Source: Elusimicrobiota bacterium
GTDB taxonomy: Bacteria; Elusimicrobiota; Elusimicrobia; F11
DNA length: 64,000 nucleotides
NCBI GenBank assembly: GCA_044221725.1
Contig: JBGAON010000001.1
Coordinates: 806,954-870,953, forward strand
Direction of reading: 5' to 3'
Below the pieces are notes generated by a model. That model was not told the DNA's origin, did not search any database, and worked only from the letters and a program-made list of their open reading frames with translations. Positions 50,298 through 59,867 of this stretch are shown here, piece after piece (within the stretch, counting starts at the first letter, position 1; every line of letters begins with the position of its first letter). The translations under genes and the position numbers were made by a program.

Positions 50298-51326
50298 TTA
50301 ACGAAGATTGTCCCAAAATGCTGCGTCGCCGCTGCCAATTCTCCAAAGTCCGATTTGGGTAATGCCCAGACGCTGCAGTTGCTTTACCTTTTCTTCCAAG
50401 CTCCGGCGATTTTCAAACCAGATCACATGATTCTTACTGCCGTCGTTGTACCGGAACCACGGCGATTGGCTGGGGCCATCCCATTCCATGCGAATGCGGT
50501 TTGTTTTCACAATATCCATGGCCGTATCGAAATCGATGATTTTTCCTTTGTCGCCGTCGCTCCAGTCGACGCCGTTTAACACCAGCGCGACACTTAATTT
50601 CTCTTTCGGTATTTGTGTGAGCGCAAATTTTGCAATGTCCGCGGTCCAGGGCGCGGGAGCCACTGGCCCCGGATCTCCCCCCGGATAATGGAGATAGTAC
50701 GCCATGATTTTGACGAGATCCGCTGATTGCGCAATGGCGCGCCAGTCCATTGCGCCCGCGCCATTCCAGGTTACTTCGGTTGTTTTCGGTTCAACAACAA
50801 CCGACAGCAGTTTTTTCTTTTTGTGGGCGGCATCGGCCAGTTTTGCGATGAAATTCGAAAAGTCCTCCCGATCGCGCCTGTCCAAGTTCTCATAATCGAT
50901 GTCGATGCCGTCAAATCCGTCGGCGAAATTTAACAGCGCTGCAATATGATCCGACGTTTTTGCTGGGTCGGAAACGATCGAGTGGACAACATTGGGATCC
51001 TTTAGTTTTGTTTTTTTTCCATCAACAACATCATTAACCGCGGTGAGGAAAATTTTTGCAGATGGTGCGTTCCGCCGAATGTCTCTCAGTGTGTTTGGTA
51101 GGGACGCAAACGCGGGTGCAAGATCTCCCGATGCATTGAAGTGAACAGCGAACACGCACAAAATATTCAAATCCTTTTCGTACGTTTTCGCGGCGCGGTC
51201 AACTTTGTTTGAGTCCCAGTAGATGTGCCAGCTGTTGTACCGGAGAGAGGGGGCGGCAAAAGACAGGCCGTGAGAAAGCATGATCGTCATCCCTGCAAAA
51301 GCGAGCCTGCGGATGTCGAGCCGCAT
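50298..51326 (-). CDS. Glycoside hydrolase family 18, secreted
   Basis: FDGIDIDYE (DxxDxDxE), MAY, WFEN, GLWRIG; signal peptide. Confidence 0.88.
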   Translation of the reverse strand: MRLDIRRLAFAGMTIMLSHGLSFAAPSLRYNSWHIYWDSNKVDRAAKTYEKDLNILCVFAVHFNASGDLAPAFASLPNTLRDIRRNAPSAKIFLTAVNDVVDGKKTKLKDPNVVHSIVSDPAKTSDHIAALLNFADGFDGIDIDYENLDRRDREDFSNFIAKLADAAHKKKKLLSVVVEPKTTEVTWNGAGAMDWRAIAQSADLVKIMAYYLHYPGGDPGPVAPAPWTADIAKFALTQIPKEKLSVALVLNGVDWSDGDKGKIIDFDTAMDIVKTNRIRMEWDGPSQSPWFRYNDGSKNHVIWFENRRSLEEKVKQLQRLGITQIGLWRIGSGDAAFWDNLR

Positions 51327-51335
51327 TGGTGTTCC

Positions 51336-52643
51336 TTAGGCTTTAACGACGTTCGGTGCCGGCTCCAAATAAACGCCGCGCGTATCAACGATGAGTTGCG
51401 CGCGTTCTTTCAGCATTTTGTAGTCGAACGCATCATGATTGGTAGCGATCAACACGCAATCGTATTTCGCGACGTTTTCGGCCGTTAACGGCACGCTTTT
51501 TAAATCGAATTTGTGGCGGCGCATTTTTGGAAACGTCGGGAAGAACGGATCCGAATAGTCCATTTGCGCGTTTTTCTCTTTCAAAATTTCCATAAGTTCA
51601 AGGGACGGCGACTCCCGGACATCGTCCACGTTCTTTTTATACGCAATACCGAGCACGAGAATTCGGCTGGCGCGCAAAGATTTTTTTCGTTCATTGAGCG
51701 CATCCATCATCTTGCTGACGACCCAATGGGGCATCATTGTGTTGATTTCCCCGGCCAGCTCGATAAACCGCGTGTGCAATCCGTATTCACGCGCCTTCCA
51801 TGTCAAATAGAACGGGTCGACGGGAATGCAATGGCCGCCAATGCCGGGGCCCGGGTAATAGGGAGTGAATCCAAAGGGTTTTGTGGAGGCGGCGCGAATC
51901 ACTTCATGGATGTCGATGCGCATTTTGTCAGCGACGATTTTCATTTCATTCACAAGGCCGATGTTCACGACGCGGTGAATGTTTTCGAGGAGCTTCGTCA
52001 ATTCCGCCGCGCGGGTGGTGCTGACCGGAACCACTTTATTAATGACGCTGCCGTAGATCGCGAGACCCGCTTTCAAACATTCGGGTGTGTCGCCGCCGCA
52101 GATCTTCGGAATGGTTTCGGTCGTGAAATTCGGATTGCCTGGGTCTTCGCGTTCCGGTGAATGCACCAGGAAAATATCTTTGCCGATCGTAAACCCTTTG
52201 GCCTCAATTCGGGGGCGAAGTTCTTCGTCGGTTGTGCCCGGATAAGTGGTGCTCTCAAGCGATACAAGTTGTCCTTTTCTTAGGTGCGGGGCCAACGCGT
52301 CCATGGTGTCGGTCACAAACGACAAATCGGGTTCGCGATACTTATTTAACGGTGTCGGAACGCAGATGATCAGCGCATCGGCTTCTTTCGCCCGGGAGAA
52401 ATCCGTGGTGGGAACAAAGCCGTGTTTAACGGCCTCGGCAATACGTTCGGCTTTGATGTGATCAATATAGGATTTGCCTTGGTTTATCAGCGTGATCTTT
52501 TCTTGATCGATATCGAAGCCGAGCACCGGGAAGCCCACTTTCGAAAACCGCAGGCAAAGCGGCAATCCCACATACCCAAGTCCAATAATGCCAACAACAG
52601 CTTTTTTGTTTTCAACTTTCTTTAAGAAATTTTCGAGTTCCAT
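51336..52643 (-). CDS. wbpA: Nucleotide-sugar 6-dehydrogenase, WbpA-like (UDP-GlcNAc to UDP-GlcNAcA)
   Basis: [56 protein letters not shown]. Closely resembles Pseudomonas WbpA as recalled. Confidence 0.82.
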   Translation of the reverse strand: MELENFLKKVENKKAVVGIIGLGYVGLPLCLRFSKVGFPVLGFDIDQEKITLINQGKSYIDHIKAERIAEAVKHGFVPTTDFSRAKEADALIICVPTPLNKYREPDLSFVTDTMDALAPHLRKGQLVSLESTTYPGTTDEELRPRIEAKGFTIGKDIFLVHSPEREDPGNPNFTTETIPKICGGDTPECLKAGLAIYGSVINKVVPVSTTRAAELTKLLENIHRVVNIGLVNEMKIVADKMRIDIHEVIRAASTKPFGFTPYYPGPGIGGHCIPVDPFYLTWKAREYGLHTRFIELAGEINTMMPHWVVSKMMDALNERKKSLRASRILVLGIAYKKNVDDVRESPSLELMEILKEKNAQMDYSDPFFPTFPKMRRHKFDLKSVPLTAENVAKYDCVLIATNHDAFDYKMLKERAQLIVDTRGVYLEPAPNVVKA

Positions 52644-52707
52644 AATGCGTGCGATCCTAATTTTTTTTCGACGCGTTGTCGACGGAAAACCCTGCAGAAA
52701 CAAGCGA

Positions 52708-52735
52708 TTGCCTATTTTCGGCATTGTTGTATAAT
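52708..52735 (+). promoter_or_regulatory. Probable rpsB promoter
   Basis: TTGCCT, 16-bp spacer, TATAAT. Confidence 0.55.
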
Positions 52736-52833
52736 TCCAAACCTCATTTGGGGGGCGGTCCTATGCCTCCTGTTGGTTTGATGTTCAATCCATCCCGTGA
52801 GCAATCTAAAAATCCAAGGAGTTTAAAAAGTTA

Positions 52834-53661
52834 ATGTCTTCTAATACGACGTCCACGTCACAAGCCAGCACCCCCGCCGCATCCGCCGAACCCGTCATCT
52901 CAATGAAGTCGCTGCTCGAAGCCGGTGTCCATTTCGGACATCAAACGCACCGTTGGAACCCGAAAATGGCGCGTTACATCTACGGCAGCCGAAACAACAT
53001 CCATATCATTGACCTTCAGAAAACCGTTCGTGAGCTGAAAAAAGCTTACCTGTTCATTAAAAGCATCGCCGCGTCGAACAAAACAGTTTTGTTCGTTGGA
53101 ACAAAGAAGCAGGCCCAGGATGCAATTATCAATGAATCAAAGCGGTGCACCTCTGCCTATGTTGCGGAGCGTTGGTTGGGTGGAACGTTGACCAATTTTG
53201 AAACCATCCGGAAATCCGCGAAACGTCTTCAAGAACTTGAAGGCATGAAAGAAAAGGGCGTGTTCGATCTTCTCTCGAAGAAAGAACGTGCGATGCGCGA
53301 AAAAGACATCAAACGGCTCGCGAAATCTCTCGCCGGTATTAAAGATATGCTCGATTTGCCGGGGTGTATCTTCATTATCGATCCATCCAATGAAATGACG
53401 ACAATTGCCGAAGCCCGCCGCATTGGAATTCCAATCGTTGCTGTTTGCGACACGAACACCGATCCGGATTTGATCGATTACCCGATTCCTGGAAACGACG
53501 ACGCCATCCGCGCGATTCGTTTGATTACCGGTCTCATGGCCGATGCCGTGATCCAAGGTCGTCAACAAGCGGAACAAGAATCCACCCAAGTTCAACAAAC
53601 CGAAGAGACGGCGATGGCCGCCGCGATGGGCGATGTCGTGCCCGCAACGGAGAACGTATGA
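52834..53661 (+). CDS. rpsB: 30S ribosomal protein S2
   Basis: [31 protein letters not shown]. Confidence 0.98.
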   Translation: MSSNTTSTSQASTPAASAEPVISMKSLLEAGVHFGHQTHRWNPKMARYIYGSRNNIHIIDLQKTVRELKKAYLFIKSIAASNKTVLFVGTKKQAQDAIINESKRCTSAYVAERWLGGTLTNFETIRKSAKRLQELEGMKEKGVFDLLSKKERAMREKDIKRLAKSLAGIKDMLDLPGCIFIIDPSNEMTTIAEARRIGIPIVAVCDTNTDPDLIDYPIPGNDDAIRAIRLITGLMADAVIQGRQQAEQESTQVQQTEETAMAAAMGDVVPATENV

Positions 53662-54524
53662 GCACCCCGACAATCGAAATTAAAGCCGCCGAGGTTCAAA
53701 AACTACGTCAGACCAGTGGCGCTGGTCTTATGGACTGCAAGTCCGCGCTGTTGGAAACCAAAGGCGATTTTGAGAAAGCCCTCCGGCTCCTGCGGGAGAA
53801 GGGAATTGCGAAGTCATCGAAGCGCGCCGATAAAGTGGCCGCCGAAGGTTTGGTTGATATTTGGATCTCGACCGATGCCAAAGACGGAATTATTTTCGAG
53901 CTGAATTCGGAAACCGATTTCGTTGCTCGCGCCGATGAGTTCTCGTTGCTATTGAAGAGCTATCTTGAATTGGTGCGCGCGAACGCGCATTGGACATCGT
54001 GTGATCAGTTGCCGACGGACAAAGCCGTTGAGTTGTCGGGAAAAGTCGGCGAGAAAATTATGGCGCGCCGGTTTGCTCGTTTCCATGCGAATGGCGGCGG
54101 ATTGGTTGCCGGTTACATTCACCCCGGTTCGAAATTGGGCGTGCTTGTTCAAATTGATGCGGATAAAGAGGGTGTTGCCGGCGATGATCTGAAAGCGCTC
54201 GGTCGCGAATTGGCGATTCAGATTGCCGGCGCGAACCCGCTTTATGTGAGCAGCAAAGAGGTTCCGGCGGACGTTATTGAACGCGAGAAAGAAATTGCGA
54301 AGAAACAGATGGCGGACCAGAAGAAACCGCCGGAAATTCTTGAGAAAATTGCGGTTGGAAAACTGCAACAGTTTTACGAAGCCAATTGCTTGCTCGATCA
54401 GCCGCACGTGCGTGACGCGTCGGGCAAAACAAAGATCAAAGACTTGGTAGAGAATGTCGGTAAAAAAATCGGACTCCATCTCAACGTGGCCAAGTTTGTT
54501 CGTTTTCGCGTTGGAGCTGATTGA
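53658..54524 (+). CDS. tsf: Elongation factor Ts
   Basis: [27 protein letters not shown]. Confidence 0.97.
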   Translation: MSTPTIEIKAAEVQKLRQTSGAGLMDCKSALLETKGDFEKALRLLREKGIAKSSKRADKVAAEGLVDIWISTDAKDGIIFELNSETDFVARADEFSLLLKSYLELVRANAHWTSCDQLPTDKAVELSGKVGEKIMARRFARFHANGGGLVAGYIHPGSKLGVLVQIDADKEGVAGDDLKALGRELAIQIAGANPLYVSSKEVPADVIEREKEIAKKQMADQKKPPEILEKIAVGKLQQFYEANCLLDQPHVRDASGKTKIKDLVENVGKKIGLHLNVAKFVRFRVGAD

Positions 54525-54552
54525 TCCGAACCTTTGACCCGGTCGGATAAAC

Positions 54553-55254
54553 GTGAAAAGAATCGTTCTTAAGCTGTCCGGAGAAGCGCTGCTTGGTGAG
54601 GAGCGCTCCGGTATCGACCTCAAGAGTCTGTTCCGTTTTGCTGAGGCGATTAAAAAAGCAAAAACCCGCAGCGTTCAGCTCGCTATTGTTGTTGGCGGTG
54701 GAAACATTTGGCGTGGTGCTCGCGATCAAGGATTGGGTCTTGAGCGCGCCATTTCCGACAACATGGGCATGTTGGCCACTCTGATCAACGCGTTGGCACT
54801 CCAGAATACGCTCGAACAAGTGGGGGTTTCGACGCGCGTGATGTCCGCCATTCCTGTCACGAACTTGGCCGAACCTTACATTCGGCGCCGCGCGATCCGG
54901 CACCTCGAGAAAGGCCGCATTGTTGTGTTCGCGGCTGGCACCGGCAATCCGTACTTCAGCACCGACACCGCTGCCGCTCTGCGGGCGTCCGAAATCGGTG
55001 CGTCGTTGCTTCTGAAGGCCACACAAGTGGACGGTGTGTACACGGGTGACCCGCGCAAATCAAAACGAGTGAAACTTTATCGCGAATTGACGCTTACCGA
55101 AGCAATCAGTAAACACTTGGCCATAATGGATACGGCCGCGCTCGCGCTATGCCGCGAAAACAATTTGTCGATTCGTGTTTTTAATCTTCACAAACCCGGA
55201 AATATGATTCGCGCGATTCGCGGCCAAGATGTCGGAACGCTCGTCACACCATAA
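54553..55254 (+). CDS. pyrH: UMP kinase
   Basis: LKLSGEAL, GGGN, GTGNPYFSTD. Confidence 0.97.
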   Translation: MKRIVLKLSGEALLGEERSGIDLKSLFRFAEAIKKAKTRSVQLAIVVGGGNIWRGARDQGLGLERAISDNMGMLATLINALALQNTLEQVGVSTRVMSAIPVTNLAEPYIRRRAIRHLEKGRIVVFAAGTGNPYFSTDTAAALRASEIGASLLLKATQVDGVYTGDPRKSKRVKLYRELTLTEAISKHLAIMDTAALALCRENNLSIRVFNLHKPGNMIRAIRGQDVGTLVTP

Positions 55255-55271
55255 AAATTTAGGGAGGACCC

Positions 55272-55832
55272 ATGTCCATTCAACCTGTTTTAAATGATGC
55301 TGAGCAGCTCATGAAGAAAACAATCGACCGGTTGCACTCCGATTTCTCTACGGTCCGAACCGGTCGCGCATCGCCCGCTTTGTTGGAAGGTGTGCGCGTA
55401 AATTATTACGGTTCCATGGTGCCGCTGCAGCAAGTGGGAAACGTCGCCGTCACCGAAGCCCGCACGATCGAGATTCGTCCGTGGGAGCCCGCTGTCATTC
55501 AAGAGATTGAAAAAGCAATCCACGCGGCCAACCTCGGCGTGACGCCGAATTCTGACGGCAAAGTTTTGCGGCTTACGTTTCCACCGCTCACCGAAGAACG
55601 ACGCAAAGATCTCGTAAAGATTGTGAAAAAGCTCGCCGAGGATTTTCGGGTTTCTCTTCGGAACGAACGGCGCGACGCGATTGAAAAAATAAAGGCCGCC
55701 GAGAAAAACAAACAAATTACCATCGATCTCAAGACGCAAGGGGAAGAAAAAATTCAAGGCCTCACAAACGCCTATATCAAGAAGGTGGATGAGATCCTCG
55801 CGCAGAAAGAGAAAGAAATCCTCGAGATCTAG
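55272..55832 (+). CDS. frr: Ribosome recycling factor
   Basis: VRTGRASP, YYG, PPLTEERRK. Confidence 0.97.
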   Translation: MSIQPVLNDAEQLMKKTIDRLHSDFSTVRTGRASPALLEGVRVNYYGSMVPLQQVGNVAVTEARTIEIRPWEPAVIQEIEKAIHAANLGVTPNSDGKVLRLTFPPLTEERRKDLVKIVKKLAEDFRVSLRNERRDAIEKIKAAEKNKQITIDLKTQGEEKIQGLTNAYIKKVDEILAQKEKEILEI

Positions 55833-55833
55833 A

Positions 55834-55927
55834 CGTCGCCCTGGAAAGTTTCTATCCAGGGCCCACGTTGCATTCTGTTAAAGTGGACCCTGGCCCATGT
55901 CACTCCATGGAACATGCCAGGATGACG
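55834..55927. repeat. Palindromic REP-like element, copy A (CGTCGCCCTGG...CCAGGATGACG)
   Basis: Imperfect long inverted repeat, homologous to the reverse complement of 63087-63167. Confidence 0.75.
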
Positions 55928-56656
55928 AATAAAATGACCACTTCCTCTGACCTTCTAAAAAAAATCGATCCTTCCCGACTGCCGGCCCATGTGGCAATTA
56001 TTATGGACGGCAACGGTCGCTGGGCGAAAAAACGCGGACTCCCGCGGCTGTGGGGGCACCGCACCGGCGCCAAGTCGGTTCGCGAAATTGTGCAGGTGGC
56101 CGGTGAAATTGGAATTAAGGCGCTCACTCTTTATGCGTTTTCCACCGAAAATTGGGTGCGGCCGCGCGCGGAAATTGCCGGCCTCATGCGGTTGCTGAAA
56201 ACGACCTTGCGCACCGAAGAACCAAACCTCCAGAAAAATAATGTGCGCCTCGAGACCATTGGTGATCTCTCGAAGCTTCCTCCCGATGCCCAAGAACAAA
56301 TCGCAAAATCAAAAAAATCGCTTCAAGCGAACACCGGGCTGCGCCTCGTGCTCGCGCTAAATTATGGTGGCCGTCAGGATATTCTTCAAGCGTGCAACAA
56401 GCTTATTTCCGAAAAAAAATATCCGCTCACCGAGGAAGCGCTGTCAGCGAACTTGTACACGTCGAATTTGCCGGACCTTGATCTGTTAATTCGAACCTCC
56501 GGTGAAAACCGTGTTTCCAATTTCTTGTTGTGGCAGATCGCTTACGCCGAGATTCATATAACGCCTGTCTTGTGGCCCGATTTTCGGCGTCAAAGTTTTT
56601 ACGAAGCGATCATCGATTTTCAAAGCCGCGACCGGCGGTTCGGGGCGGTGCGTTAA
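55922..56656 (+). CDS. uppS: Undecaprenyl diphosphate synthase
   Basis: HVAIIMDGNGRWA, FSTENW, NYGGR, IRTSGENRVSNF, RRFG. Start is ATG 55922 or 55934. Confidence 0.96.
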   Translation: MTNKMTTSSDLLKKIDPSRLPAHVAIIMDGNGRWAKKRGLPRLWGHRTGAKSVREIVQVAGEIGIKALTLYAFSTENWVRPRAEIAGLMRLLKTTLRTEEPNLQKNNVRLETIGDLSKLPPDAQEQIAKSKKSLQANTGLRLVLALNYGGRQDILQACNKLISEKKYPLTEEALSANLYTSNLPDLDLLIRTSGENRVSNFLLWQIAYAEIHITPVLWPDFRRQSFYEAIIDFQSRDRRFGAVR

Positions 56657-57510
56657 TGGTTCTACCGCGCGTGCTGACGGCGATGCTCCTGACGCCGCTT
56701 GTAATAGCGGTTGTGTGGTTCGGCTCGATTCCGTTCTTTTTGTTCGTGACAGCCATTTGTTTTTTCTGTGTGTGGGAATATTCGGTGATGGCAGAACTAG
56801 GAGGGTATCCCAATCAGATGGTTCTCGCGCTCATCGGATGTTTGCTGCTTATGGGCGCGCTGTACTTTGACGGAATGCCGTTGGGCCCACTTCATCACGC
56901 GCCCGGCCCCGTTTTTATCCTGCTTCTGTGGTCGTTCGTGGTTTTCTTGAGAGAATTTGTTCGCAACGATAAAGGCCTGTCGCTCTTGCGAATTATCACG
57001 ACCGTTTCGGGCGTCGTCTTTTTCGGTTTGTTTCTCGGGCACTTGCTTTTGTTGCGCGATCTGCGCATGGCCGCTGGAGAGGGGGTCCAAATGGTGGGCC
57101 GATCGATAACTTTCTTTTTGATCCTTATTATATGGACCGTTGACACAGGGGCCTGGTTTGTCGGCCGCCTGGTGGGACGATCGCCGCTCGCTCCGCGGAT
57201 TTCTCCGAAGAAATCGTGGGAAGGGGCGATCGGAGGAACATTGCTGGCGTGCTTCGTGGGCTGGTTGCTGCGGGAGATGTTGCTGCGCAATGTGATGGGA
57301 CCGATGGAAGCGGTAATCTACGCGTTGGGAATTGCCATCGCCGCGCAAATATCGGATCTCATCGAATCGCTGATGAAACGGTCGTTCGGCGCGAAAGATT
57401 CATCCCAGCTTTTGCCGGGGCACGGCGGCGTTCTGGACCGGTTTGATTCTTTTATTTTTGCTGCACCGTTTTACTATTACATGCTCGTGGCGACCGGACG
57501 GTTCTATTAA
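56656..57510 (+). CDS. cdsA: Phosphatidate cytidylyltransferase
   Basis: ISPKKSWEG, DLIESLMKR, KDS..LPGHGGVLDRFDS. Confidence 0.95.
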   Translation: MVLPRVLTAMLLTPLVIAVVWFGSIPFFLFVTAICFFCVWEYSVMAELGGYPNQMVLALIGCLLLMGALYFDGMPLGPLHHAPGPVFILLLWSFVVFLREFVRNDKGLSLLRIITTVSGVVFFGLFLGHLLLLRDLRMAAGEGVQMVGRSITFFLILIIWTVDTGAWFVGRLVGRSPLAPRISPKKSWEGAIGGTLLACFVGWLLREMLLRNVMGPMEAVIYALGIAIAAQISDLIESLMKRSFGAKDSSQLLPGHGGVLDRFDSFIFAAPFYYYMLVATGRFY

Positions 57511-57513
57511 CCC

Positions 57514-58692
57514 ATGAAAAAGAAAAATATCGTAATCCTCGGATCCACGGGGTCCATCGGTGTGAACGCGCTTGACGTGGTGCGGCATCACAGTGGTGAT
57601 TTTCAGGTCGTTGGCCTCGCTGCGAACAAGAACGTGCGATTGATTCTCGATCAGATAAAAGAATTTAAGCCGAAAGCCGTTGCCATGAGCGATACGCCAT
57701 CCGCAAACGAACTGCGGTCGGCGCTTAAAAGCTGGAAAAAAGCTCCCGAGGTGTGGAATCATTCGGATGGTGTCGAACGTCTGGCCAGCATGAAAGAGTC
57801 ATCTTTCGTGTTGTGCGGAATGGTGGGGGCTCGTGGATTGGCTCCGCTCGTGGCCGCGCTCAAAGGCGGAAAAACGATCGGTCTCGCAAACAAAGAGGCG
57901 TTGATTGTGGCCGGCGAAACAATCTTGGCTTTGTCCAAAAAATACAAAGCGCCGGTCATCCCTGTCGATAGCGAACACTCGGCCATTTATCAATGCTTGC
58001 GCGGACACGAAGGCGTGGAAGTGGAACGCATCATCCTCACGGCCAGCGGTGGGCCGTTCTATCGATGCGAAAAAGATTTGGATACAATCACCGTCGAAGA
58101 AGCGTTGAATCATCCGACGTGGAAGATGGGCAACAAGATCACGGTTGATTCGGCGACGCTCATGAACAAAGGGTTGGAAGCGATTGAAGCGCATTTCTTG
58201 TTTGGCGTGCCGATGGAGAAAATTGCGATCGTGATTCATCCTCAATCCATTGTTCATTCGCTTGTGGAATTTGCTGACGGGGCCATGCTCGCGCAGTTGT
58301 CGCACCCGGACATGCGATTGCCGATTCAGTACGCGCTCACGCATCCGCAGCGCGTTAAAACAAAGATTCGGCGCCTCGAGTTGTCGGATGTGGGCACGCT
58401 GAATTTTGCAGCACCAGATTTTTCCCGATTTCCGTGTTTGAAGCTTGCGATCGATGCTGGCAAGCGCGGGGGCACCGCGCCGACCGCATTGTCGTCCGCA
58501 AACGAAGTGGCGGTCCGAGCTTTTATCGATAAGCAGATTTCGTTTCTTACGATTCCGAAAGTTGTGGCCGCTGTCCTCAAGAAACATAATGTTCGGAACA
58601 AACCAAGTTTGACGGATGTTTGGGAAGTGGACGCCTGGGCACGAGAAGAAGCCCAAGAAATTATTAAAAGTCGAGGACCAAAAACCATATGA
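57514..58692 (+). CDS. dxr: 1-deoxy-D-xylulose-5-phosphate reductoisomerase
   Basis: LGSTGSIG, LANKE, PVDSEH, TASGGPF, HPTWKMG.KITVDSA. Confidence 0.97.
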   Translation: MKKKNIVILGSTGSIGVNALDVVRHHSGDFQVVGLAANKNVRLILDQIKEFKPKAVAMSDTPSANELRSALKSWKKAPEVWNHSDGVERLASMKESSFVLCGMVGARGLAPLVAALKGGKTIGLANKEALIVAGETILALSKKYKAPVIPVDSEHSAIYQCLRGHEGVEVERIILTASGGPFYRCEKDLDTITVEEALNHPTWKMGNKITVDSATLMNKGLEAIEAHFLFGVPMEKIAIVIHPQSIVHSLVEFADGAMLAQLSHPDMRLPIQYALTHPQRVKTKIRRLELSDVGTLNFAAPDFSRFPCLKLAIDAGKRGGTAPTALSSANEVAVRAFIDKQISFLTIPKVVAAVLKKHNVRNKPSLTDVWEVDAWAREEAQEIIKSRGPKTI

Positions 58693-59867
58693 CAGTTTTT
58701 CAACACCTTGGAACATTCGCATTATCGGCCGCCGGAATTGTGTTCGCGTTCGGCCTCGTTATTTTTGTTCATGAGTTTGGGCATTTTATTGTCGCCAAAA
58801 AATCCGGCGTGAAGGTGGAGCGGTTCTCGTTCGGCCTTGGTCCGGAGATGATCGGTTTCCAAATGGGCGAGACACGCTATTGCATCGCCTGGTTGCCGCT
58901 CGGTGGCGAAGTCCGAATGGCCGGTGAATTTGTTGAAGCCGATGATGCGTCAGATAAAACCGAAAGCAAGCTACCAGCCCCGCAATACGGTGCCGAAGAC
59001 ACCTCCCGGCATTTTTTCTCGCAGCCGTGGTACCGCCGCATTTTGATTGCGTTTGCGGGACCGTTTATGAACTACGTTTTGGCGGCGCTGATCTTTTTCG
59101 GAATGCTCATGGTGTGGGGCGAGTCAATTCAAACAAACAAAACCGAAATTGGTGACGTCGTGGCCGGAATGCCCGCCGAGAAAGCGGGACTCTTGAAGGG
59201 CGACAGCGTGCTGAGCGTGCAAGGCGAGAAGGTCGACGATTTTGTCGGACTTGCGACAAAAATCCATAACCGGCCGGGCCTTGCGACGGACATTGTTTAT
59301 TTACGAAACGGCCTCGAACAAAAAGTCACCATTGTTCCGCAGCAAGATGGCGGCAAGGGACCGGGCCTGATTGGCGTTAAGCCAGCGGACCCCATTGTCG
59401 ATAAGCGAAAAATTGGTGCTGTTTCAGCAGCGAAAAAGTCTCTGTGGCAGTGTTGGAATATCTCGGCGTTTACCGTTTATTATTTGGGGCAAAAAATTGT
59501 CGCTCGCGAGCGACCGGACGTGGCGGGCCCGCTGGGCATCGGCCAAGTTATCGTGAAAGCCGTGAAAGCCGGCGCGGAAGACTTCTTTTATTTGATCGCG
59601 ATGATTTCGGTTGCTATCGGACTTTTCAATCTATTTCCAATTCCGCTGCTCGATGGTGGTCATGTTCTTTATTATGTCATCGAAGGACTGCGCGGAAAGC
59701 CGCTCAGCGCAAAAGTGATGGGCAAAGCGAATGCGGTGGGACTCACATTTCTTTTGAGCTTGCTCGTGTTTGCAACGTACAACGACGTCCAGCGTTTTCG
59801 CATCACGAAAGAAAAAGCAGCGGCTGAAACGCCAGCGGCCACTCCATCTCCGTCTCCCGCGAAATAA
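58689..59867 (+). CDS. rseP: Site-2 intramembrane metalloprotease RseP (one PDZ)
   Basis: HEFGH, AGPFMN, NLFPIPLLDGG. Confidence 0.95.
   Translation: MTVFQHLGTFALSAAGIVFAFGLVIFVHEFGHFIVAKKSGVKVERFSFGLGPEMIGFQMGETRYCIAWLPLGGEVRMAGEFVEADDASDKTESKLPAPQYGAEDTSRHFFSQPWYRRILIAFAGPFMNYVLAALIFFGMLMVWGESIQTNKTEIGDVVAGMPAEKAGLLKGDSVLSVQGEKVDDFVGLATKIHNRPGLATDIVYLRNGLEQKVTIVPQQDGGKGPGLIGVKPADPIVDKRKIGAVSAAKKSLWQCWNISAFTVYYLGQKIVARERPDVAGPLGIGQVIVKAVKAGAEDFFYLIAMISVAIGLFNLFPIPLLDGGHVLYYVIEGLRGKPLSAKVMGKANAVGLTFLLSLLVFATYNDVQRFRITKEKAAAETPAATPSPSPAK

Noticed and set aside
52740..52833. Possible S2 autoregulatory leader RNA
   Set aside because: A short hairpin is possible, but I cannot match it to the known motif without a covariance search.
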